Both the position numbers and the translations under genes were made by a program. Of a DNA stretch of 33,773 bases, positions 26,539 through 33,773 are shown piece by piece. Below the pieces are notes generated by a model, which worked only from the letters and a program-made list of their open reading frames with translations, ran no database searches and was not told where the DNA came from. The stretch is taken from positions 1 to 33,773 of the forward strand of contig DATADT010000380.1 of assembly GCA_036258355.1 (NCBI GenBank). Reading direction: 5' to 3'. Within the stretch, counting starts at the first letter, position 1, and each line of letters opens with the position of its first letter. This stretch comes from Burkholderiales bacterium (GTDB taxonomy: Bacteria > Pseudomonadota > Gammaproteobacteria > Burkholderiales > SG8-39).

Positions 26539-26567
26539 ATTTTACCTTCTTGGGCATGCCTTATCCA
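26539..26567 (-). promoter_or_regulatory. candidate dnaA promoter (-35 TGGATA 26567..26562, 17-nt spacer, -10 TAAAAT 26544..26539)
   Basis: Read on the minus strand. The -35 lies inside the DnaA box, an arrangement expected for autorepression. Confidence 0.35.
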
Positions 26568-26569
26568 CA
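26561..26569. promoter_or_regulatory. consensus DnaA box TTATCCACA
   Basis: Exact 9-mer in the 118-bp dnaA-rpmH spacer, 51 nt upstream of the dnaA ATG. It is the only perfect box I found in the window. Confidence 0.7.
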
Positions 26570-26574
26570 GACGA

Positions 26575-26605
26575 ATTGACAATGCGTGCACGCGCACGCT
26601 CTAAT
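26575..26605 (+). promoter_or_regulatory. candidate rpmH promoter (TTGACA 26575..26580, 19-nt spacer, TCTAAT 26600..26605)
   Basis: Perfect -35, 5/6 -10, but a long spacer. Would give a leader of about 17 nt for rpmH. Confidence 0.3.
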
Positions 26606-26628
26606 ACCGCCCTTTTTCGGACCGGCGG

Positions 26629-26769
26629 ATGGCGACGAAGCGGACTTACCAACCTTCCAAGACTCGGCGCGCGCGGCGCCACGGCTTTCTCGTGCGCAGC
26701 CGCACTGCCGGCGGTCGCAGAGTGCTGCGCAACCGGCGCGCTCGCGGCCGGCGCCGGGTCGGGCTTTAG
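26629..26769 (+). CDS. rpmH: 50S ribosomal protein L34
   Basis: Not in the ORF track. Encodes [46 protein letters not shown], 46 aa, with the classic L34 KRTYQPS...HGF signature. Confidence 0.93.
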   Translation: MATKRTYQPSKTRRARRHGFLVRSRTAGGRRVLRNRRARGRRRVGL

Positions 26770-26792
26770 CCGCGGCCGGCAAGCGCTTCGGG

Positions 26793-27116
26793 CTGGATGC
26801 TGCGCGCCGGCTGAGGCAAAAGGCCGAGTTCGAAGACCTGCTGCGACACGGCGCGCGGCGCAACCTGGACGGCTACACGATGTATGTGGCGCGACGCGAC
26901 AGCGGAGCCGCGCGGCTCGGCATGCTGATCTCCCGCAGGCACGCCGCGCGCGCCGTCGTGCGCAATCGCATCAAGCGCTGCATCCGTGAGGCCTTCCGGC
27001 TGGAGCAGGAGCGGCTCGGGCCGGTTGACGTGCTCGTGCGCCCGCCCTACGGGGTGAAGCCTTCGGCGCAGATGGTTGCCCGTTTACGCGCGATTTTTGG
27101 CAGGCTCTCGCAATGA
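26793..27116 (+). CDS. rnpA: RNase P protein component (start unresolved: CTG 26793, GTG 26586 or ATG 26880)
   Basis: [13 protein letters not shown]...[30 protein letters not shown] is the RnpA RNR-motif region. The stop overlaps the yidD ATG (ATGA). No canonical start lies after rpmH. See finding. Confidence 0.8.
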   Translation: MDAARRLRQKAEFEDLLRHGARRNLDGYTMYVARRDSGAARLGMLISRRHAARAVVRNRIKRCIREAFRLEQERLGPVDVLVRPPYGVKPSAQMVARLRAIFGRLSQ

Positions 27117-27325
27117 TTGCGCGCGCGCTGCGCTTCCTGCTTATCGGTTACCGCTGGTGCGTGCGGCCGCTCCTGCCGCCGGCGTGCCGCTTCTACCCGA
27201 GCTGCTCGCACTACGCGGAGGAAGCGCTCGAGCGCCATGGCCCCTGGCGCGGCGGCTGGCTTGCCGTGCGGCGGCTGTGCCGCTGCGGCCCCTGGCATCC
27301 CGGCGGGTACGACCCCGTACCGTAA
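27113..27325 (+). CDS. yidD: membrane protein insertion efficiency factor YidD
   Basis: 70 aa. [17 protein letters not shown]...G..L...[15 protein letters not shown] is the YidD signature. Confidence 0.9.
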   Translation: MIARALRFLLIGYRWCVRPLLPPACRFYPSCSHYAEEALERHGPWRGGWLAVRRLCRCGPWHPGGYDPVP

Positions 27326-27329
27326 CGTC

Positions 27330-28956
27330 ATGGACACGCAACGGCTGATCCTGCTCGTTATCTTCAGCTTTTCGCTTCTGATGTTATGGGAAGCGTGGGA
27401 GAAGGAGAAGAGCCCGAAGCCGCCGCCCGTCGCGGCAAAGGAGCAGCCGGGCGTGCCGGCGCCAGCCAAGCCCGCGCCCCCCGCCGCTAAACCCTCCGCC
27501 GCCGTCCCTGGGGCTGAAGCGGAGAAGGGCGAAATGGTGCGCGTTGCAACCGACCTCGTGGTCGCCCAAATCGACACGCTGGGCGGGACGCTGAAGCGCA
27601 TTGAACTGCTGCGTCACAAGGACTCGAAGGATCTCTCCAAGAATCTCGTCCTGCTCGGCCCGGAGCACCAGTACGAGGCGCAAAGCGGCCTTGCGGGCGA
27701 GGGCGGACCCAACCATCGCACGCTCTGGCGCGCCGAGCCGGGCGAGCGGGCGCTCGAGCCTGGCCGCGACGAGGTGTCGGTGCAGCTTTTCGCGACCGGC
27801 AAGGACGGCCTCGAGGTGCGCAAGACCTACACCTTCAAGCGAGACAGCTACGTGGTCGACGTTGCGCTCGAGCTGCGCAATCCCGGCGCCGCGCCGGCCG
27901 CTGCGTACGCATACTTTCAGTTGACGCACGACGGCAAGCCGGAGACGAACACCAATACGGTTGCCGAGACCTTCGGGGCGCAGAGCTTCATCGGCTTCGC
28001 CGTGTACACCGACGAGCGCAAGTTCGAGAAGATCTATCCGTCGGATCTGGACAAGGGCAAGGCCGATCACGTCAAGCAGGCGACCAACGGCTGGCTCGCG
28101 TTCGTGCAGCACTACTTTGTGTCGGCGTGGCTGCCGCCGCAAGGCCTGCCGCGCGATTACGTGGCGGAGAAGCGCCCCGACGGCATCTACGCCGCCCGGG
28201 CGATGGTTCCTGTGAGTGTCGCGCCGGGCGCGAGCGCGGCGATCAAGGTGCCCCTATATGTCGGACCGCAGGAGCAGCGCCGCCTGCAGGCGGCCGCGCC
28301 GGGGCTCGACCTGGTCGTCGACTACGGCTGGCTTGCGATCATCGCTTGGCCGCTGTTCTGGCTGCTCGAGAAGTTCTACGCGCTCTCGGGCAACTGGGGC
28401 GTCGCCATCATCCTGCTCACGGTGCTCATCAAGATCGTGTTCTTCCCGCTCTCGGCCGCAAGCTATAAGTCCATGGCGAAGATGAAGCTCATCACGCCGC
28501 GGCTGCAGAAGCTCCGCGAGATGTACGCGCACGACCGCCAGAAGATGAACCAGGCGATGATGGAGCTCTACAAGACCGAGAAGATCAACCCGCTCGGCGG
28601 CTGCTTCCCGATCGTCGTGCAGATTCCGGTGTTCATCGCGCTCTACTGGGTCCTGCTGGCAGCGATCGAGCTGCGCCACGCGCCCTTCATGCTGTGGATC
28701 AAGGACCTCTCGGCGCTCGACCCATACTACGTGCTGCCGATCCTGATGGCGGCGACCATGGTGCTGCAGACGCGGATGAACCCGGTGCCGCCCGACCCGG
28801 TGCAGGCGAGGGTGATGCAGATCATGCCGTTCGTGTTCAGCATCTTCTTCTTCTTCTTCCCCGCCGGCCTCGTGCTGTACTGGCTGGTCAACAACATCCT
28901 TTCCATCGCCCAGCAATGGCAGATCCAGCGCATGTTCGACCGCGACAAGCCTGCCC

Positions 28957-28970
<14 letters not shown>
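27330..28970 (+). CDS. yidC: membrane protein insertase YidC
   Basis: ATG 27330 gives [20 protein letters not shown]. The periplasmic P1 domain is followed by the conserved core [36 protein letters not shown] and [13 protein letters not shown]. About 546 aa. Confidence 0.95.
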
Positions 28971-30279
<1,309 letters not shown>

Positions 30280-30420
30280 GGCCGGGGTTGTCGTCCTGGG
30301 CCCGACATTGCGCTTTGCGCGGGCGCTTAAGTCGTGGTTTCGAAAGAGGTAACACTTTGTTTACACGGCCTTATTCTGAAATTAAGCTGAGCCGGCCGAG
30401 CGCGACGAGCTATCGCCCGG

Positions 30421-30429
30421 TGCTAGAAT
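30421..30429 (+). promoter_or_regulatory. extended -10-like element TGCTAGAAT upstream of pckG
   Basis: TGn + TAGAAT read directly, 78 nt upstream of the pckG ATG. No clear -35. Confidence 0.3.
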
Positions 30430-30457
30430 TCCCAGCGCACGATACTCTCGGTGCGAC

Positions 30458-30490
30458 CGGCCCAGCCCGCGCTGGGCCGTTTGCCTTTCT
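30458..30490 (+). promoter_or_regulatory. strong GC hairpin (CGGCCCAGC-ccgc-GCTGGGCCG) with an interrupted T-tract in the mnmE-pckG spacer
   Basis: 9-bp perfect stem and 4-nt loop, followed by TTTGCCTTTCT, then the pckG SD agaggtga. Either a weak terminator for the rpmH-mnmE operon or a pckG 5'-UTR structure. Confidence 0.35.
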
Positions 30491-30506
30491 AGAGGTGAGC
30501 CAGCCG

Positions 30507-32354
30507 ATGAATGCGCCCGCTACGACGCCGATCCAGCCATCGAATGCACCGTCGTGGGTACGTCACCGCGCCCTGCGGCAATGGGTCTCGGAGGTGGCAC
30601 AGCTCGCCAAGCCGGAGCGCGTCGCTTGGTGCGACGGGTCGGATGAGGAATACGACCGGCTGTGCGGCGAGCTCGTCGCCAGCGGTACCTTCATTCGCCT
30701 GAATCCTGCACTGCGCCCGAACTCTTATCTCGCCCGCTCCCACCCGAGCGATGTCGCGCGCATGGAAGATCGAACCTTCATCTGCAGCCAGAAGAAGGAA
30801 GACGCCGGCCCCACCAATAACTGGATAGAGCCGCGCGAGATGCGCGCGACGCTGAATCGCCTGTTCGACGGATGTATGCGCGGGCGCACTATGTACGTGA
30901 TGCCATTCTCCATGGGGCCGATCGGCTCGCCGATCGCTCAGGTGGGCGTCGAGATCTCGGATTCCGCTTACGTGGCGGTAAACATGCGCATCATGACGCG
31001 CATGGGGCGCGAGGTGGCCGAATGGCTCGGCGAGGATCGGGCTTTCGTCCCCGGTGTGCATTCGGTGGGAGCGCCGCTCGCGCCGGGACAGAAAGATGCC
31101 GCCTGGCCCTGCAACGAGAAAGAAAAGTGGATCGTGCACTTCCCCGAGACGCGGGAGATCTGGTCGTTCGGATCGGGGTACGGCGGCAACGCGCTCCTTG
31201 GCAAGAAGTGCCTCGCGCTGCGGATCGCGTCCGTGATGGCGCGCGACGAAGGCTGGCTCGCGGAGCACATGCTGATTCTGGGCGTCCAGGCGCCCTCTGG
31301 CGAGAAGACGTATGTTGCTGCCGCATTTCCATCGGCCTGCGGCAAGACCAACCTTGCGATGCTGATTCCCCCGGCGGGGTTCGCCGGCTGGAAAGTGAGC
31401 ACGATCGGTGAGGACATTGCCTGGATCAAGCCTGCGGCCGATGGCCGCTTGCACGCCATCAACCCGGAGCACGGTCTTTTCGGCGTCGCCCCCGGAACCT
31501 CGTACCAGACTAATCCGAACGCGATGAAGATGCTGCATTCGAACGTCATCTTCACGAACGTCGCGCTTACGCTCGAGGGCGATGTTTGGTGGGAGGGCAT
31601 GAGCGAGGAGCCGCCCGCCCGGCTTATCGACTGGCAGGGCAAGCCCTGGACGCCCGAGGACGGGAAGCAGGGCCGGCTCGCCGCGCACGCTAACGCGCGC
31701 TTCACGGTTCCGGCGGCGCAATGCCCGTCGATGGATCCCGCTTGGGAGGACCCCTCGGGAGTACCCATTTCCGCATTCATCTTCGGCGGGCGGCGCTCGA
31801 CTACCGTGCCGCTGGTGGTCGAGGCGCCAAGCTGGGACGAGGGCGTTTACATGGCCGCGACGCTCGGCTCGGAGACCACGGCGGCCACTACCGGCAAGGT
31901 CGGCGTGGTGCGCCGCGACCCCATGGCGATGCTGGCGTTCTGCGGCTACAACATGGGCGATTACTTTGCCCATTGGCTGAAAATCGGGCGCGCGGTCAAG
32001 CGGCCGCCGAAGATCTTCCGCGTCAATTGGTTCAGGCGTGATACGAGCGGCAAGTTCCTCTGGCCCGGGTTCAGCGAGAACATGCGCGTCCTGGCATGGA
32101 TCGTGGAGCGCTGCCAGGGCAAGGTTCAGGGGGCTGACACCGCGCTCGGCGTCATGCCGCGCTACGAGGACTTGAACTGGGCCGGTCTCGAAAAGATGAC
32201 CGCCGCCCGCTTCGCCGAGCTCACGCAGGTCGACGCCCCGGCCTGGAAGGAAGAGCTGTGCTCGCACGACGAGCTTTTCGCGAAGCTGGGCGCGCGGCTG
32301 CCGCCGGCGCTCGAGGCGCGGCGCGGCCGAATGCACGAAAAGCTAGCGGCTTAG
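30507..32354 (+). CDS. pckG: phosphoenolpyruvate carboxykinase (GTP)
   Basis: ATG 30507 follows SD agaggtga. [16 protein letters not shown], the P-loop [14 protein letters not shown] and NWFRRD are GTP-PEPCK signatures. 615 aa. The track ORF 29553.. is an in-frame upstream extension. Confidence 0.95.
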   Translation: MNAPATTPIQPSNAPSWVRHRALRQWVSEVAQLAKPERVAWCDGSDEEYDRLCGELVASGTFIRLNPALRPNSYLARSHPSDVARMEDRTFICSQKKEDAGPTNNWIEPREMRATLNRLFDGCMRGRTMYVMPFSMGPIGSPIAQVGVEISDSAYVAVNMRIMTRMGREVAEWLGEDRAFVPGVHSVGAPLAPGQKDAAWPCNEKEKWIVHFPETREIWSFGSGYGGNALLGKKCLALRIASVMARDEGWLAEHMLILGVQAPSGEKTYVAAAFPSACGKTNLAMLIPPAGFAGWKVSTIGEDIAWIKPAADGRLHAINPEHGLFGVAPGTSYQTNPNAMKMLHSNVIFTNVALTLEGDVWWEGMSEEPPARLIDWQGKPWTPEDGKQGRLAAHANARFTVPAAQCPSMDPAWEDPSGVPISAFIFGGRRSTTVPLVVEAPSWDEGVYMAATLGSETTAATTGKVGVVRRDPMAMLAFCGYNMGDYFAHWLKIGRAVKRPPKIFRVNWFRRDTSGKFLWPGFSENMRVLAWIVERCQGKVQGADTALGVMPRYEDLNWAGLEKMTAARFAELTQVDAPAWKEELCSHDELFAKLGARLPPALEARRGRMHEKLAA

Positions 32355-33590
32355 CAGGAAGCGCGCGCCGGCGGCTGCTGCAAGCGCCGCCAGGGCTCCA
32401 GCACCGAGCGCCGAAGAGGCCGGCAACCGCTCCAGCATCATCCCGCCCGCGGCCAGACCGATTCCGACGCCCGCGAGAAGGGCGCTCGTGGTCCAGGTGA
32501 AGGCTTCAGTCGAATGCTCGGGCAGCGCAGTTTTCGTCACGAGCATGGATTGGATGATGAGGGCTGGCGCGATTGCAATCCCCGCTACCACGGAAAGGGC
32601 GGCGAATATCCACGGCTGCCAGCGCAGCGACAGAACTGCGAGGCCCACCGCGGTCAGAGCGAGCGCGGCGGCGAACTGGCGGGCGAGCGGGAAGTGCCAG
32701 GCGCGGCTGCCGTAAGCAAGACCGCCGAGAGCGCTGCCGGCGCTCATTAATCCGAGCAGCACGCCGGCGAGCGCCGCATCCGCACGCTCGATGGCGTATG
32801 CGGTGAGACCGATCTCGAGAAACCCGAACGCCGTCGCGAAGCAAAGAACAACCGCCACAAGCCTCACGAACCGCCGGTCGGCCAGTGGGCCGAGGAGGGC
32901 GGGTGTCGTCGTGCGCGCCTCTATGCGCCAGGCGCGTAGCGCCTGGGCGCGCAGAAAGAGCAGCGTTCCCGCGAAGCCGCATGCGGCGGAGAACCATACC
33001 GCGGACGATGGCGTAGCAAACGCAACGAGCAGCGCGACAATGAGCGGACCGACGATGAAAATGAGCTCGATCAGCACCGATTCGGCCGAGTACGCCGCTG
33101 AGAGCAACGCCTCGTCGCCGAGCGCCTGGCGAAAGTAGGTCCGCATGCAGACCGTGATCGGCGGAAATGCCGCGCCGGCGGCCGCAGCAGCCGCGAAGGC
33201 AAGCCAGGCGAGGTCGAGGCGCGCCGAAGCTGCCACGAGAGCCAGAAGCGCGCAGGGAAAAGTTACCGAGCATGCGGTCAGGACGGGCCGTGGACCGTGT
33301 CGGTCGATAAGTCGGCCCAGCATCGGCGCTACGACCGCAAGGCCGCTTACGTAGCAACCGGCGGCTGCACCGCCGAGCGCGAACGAGCTGCTCGACGTCT
33401 GCACCAGCAGCAAGATCGCGAGGCCGGTGACGCCGATCGGCAATCGCCCGAGCAACGAGGCGGCGAACATCTGCCGCACGGACGAGACTGAGAAAAGGAC
33501 TCTGTACCGCTCGAGCGAGATCAATGGGTTATGCTGCAATGCAGCAATATGATTGTTCCACGTGGAACTTGGCAGCACAGGTAGTTTCAC
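32343..33590 (-). CDS. MFS transporter (start GTG 33590 or TTG 33524)
   Basis: About 12 hydrophobic segments. The N-terminal [23 protein letters not shown] resembles MFS TM1 leaders. The 3' end overlaps pckG by 12 nt. Confidence 0.8.
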   Translation of the reverse strand: MKLPVLPSSTWNNHIAALQHNPLISLERYRVLFSVSSVRQMFAASLLGRLPIGVTGLAILLLVQTSSSSFALGGAAAGCYVSGLAVVAPMLGRLIDRHGPRPVLTACSVTFPCALLALVAASARLDLAWLAFAAAAAAGAAFPPITVCMRTYFRQALGDEALLSAAYSAESVLIELIFIVGPLIVALLVAFATPSSAVWFSAACGFAGTLLFLRAQALRAWRIEARTTTPALLGPLADRRFVRLVAVVLCFATAFGFLEIGLTAYAIERADAALAGVLLGLMSAGSALGGLAYGSRAWHFPLARQFAAALALTAVGLAVLSLRWQPWIFAALSVVAGIAIAPALIIQSMLVTKTALPEHSTEAFTWTTSALLAGVGIGLAAGGMMLERLPASSALGAGALAALAAAAGARFLLSR

Positions 33591-33605
33591 GTGAAACGTT
33601 CACGT
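33532..33605. repeat. cluster of palindromes: TGCTGCA-a-TGCAGCA (33532..33546), GTTCCACGTGGAAC (33555..33568), GTTTCACGTGAAAC (33584..33597) and half-site GTTCACGT (33598..33605)
   Basis: Read directly in the divergent MFS/mnmG region. The two 14-mers are perfect palindromes sharing the pattern GTTYCACGTGRAAC. Confidence 0.45.
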
Positions 33606-33624
33606 AAAATTTCCGTACCCCCAA

Positions 33625-33773
33625 ATGCTGTTCCCCCGGGATTTCGAAGTCGTAGTTGTCGGCGGCGGGCATGCCGGCACCGAGGCCGCGCTGGCTGCGG
33701 CGCGCCTGGGCTGCCGTACGCTTCTCCTCACCCACAGTATCGAGACGCTGGGCCAAATGTCGTGCAATCCCTC
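33625..33773 (+). CDS. mnmG: tRNA uridine-5-carboxymethylaminomethyl synthesis enzyme MnmG (GidA), 5' end only
   Basis: [49 protein letters not shown] is the FAD-binding N-terminus of GidA. Runs off the right edge. Confidence 0.9.
   Translation, partial: MLFPRDFEVVVVGGGHAGTEAALAAARLGCRTLLLTHSIETLGQMSCNP

Noticed and set aside
30489-32336. 615-aa minus-strand ORF mirroring pckG almost end to end. Similar cases: 25056..26279 (+) opposite dnaA, 22976..23890 (+) opposite gyrB, and 16420..17337 (-) opposite the LysM gene
   Set aside because: These are mirror ORFs of strongly supported genes in GC-rich DNA. No motifs. The near-identical extent to the real gene is the signature of stop-codon depletion on the antisense strand.

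Overview
GC-rich proteobacterial chromosome segment around dnaA. The gene order looks betaproteobacterial, which is an inference from synteny, not a database hit.

Gene content, left to right:
- Left: a possible MarR-like gene fragment, then a tightly coupled aromatic-catabolism operon (two FAH-family hydrolases, a GST-zeta isomerase, pcaH, pcaG, pcaB), a convergent hotdog thioesterase, metH, and a 32-codon THX ribosomal protein gene that the ORF track missed.
- Middle: a minus-strand def-fmt-rsmB-DUF4390-ntrY-ntrX block, diverging from a plus-strand LysM-dprA-smg-topB block.
- Right: gyrB-dnaN-dnaA on the minus strand diverging from rpmH-rnpA-yidD-yidC-mnmE on the plus strand, then pckG, an MFS transporter and the 5' end of mnmG.

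I saw no tRNA or rRNA genes, CRISPR arrays, transposases, integrases or defence genes. This is essentially a housekeeping region, and I do not claim a new multi-gene system.

Points worth a second look:
- Three conserved genes (rnpA, fmt, pcaB) lack a canonical start codon where homology requires one. For rnpA, the only in-frame canonical start would nest rpmH inside it.
- The NtrX-like regulator has a visibly degenerate AAA+ core, and a DUF4390 gene is translationally coupled to ntrY.
- The metH leader has attenuator-like alternative hairpins.
- The only three perfect TATAAT hexamers I found each sit just upstream of a start codon, which suggests leaderless or short-leader transcripts.
- A cluster of CACGTG-centred palindromes lies between the MFS gene and mnmG.
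- Three of the four convergent gene pairs overlap at their 3' ends.
- No recognisable oriC is present despite the origin-type gene set.

The many long ORFs antisense to real genes are GC-rich shadow frames and were rejected.
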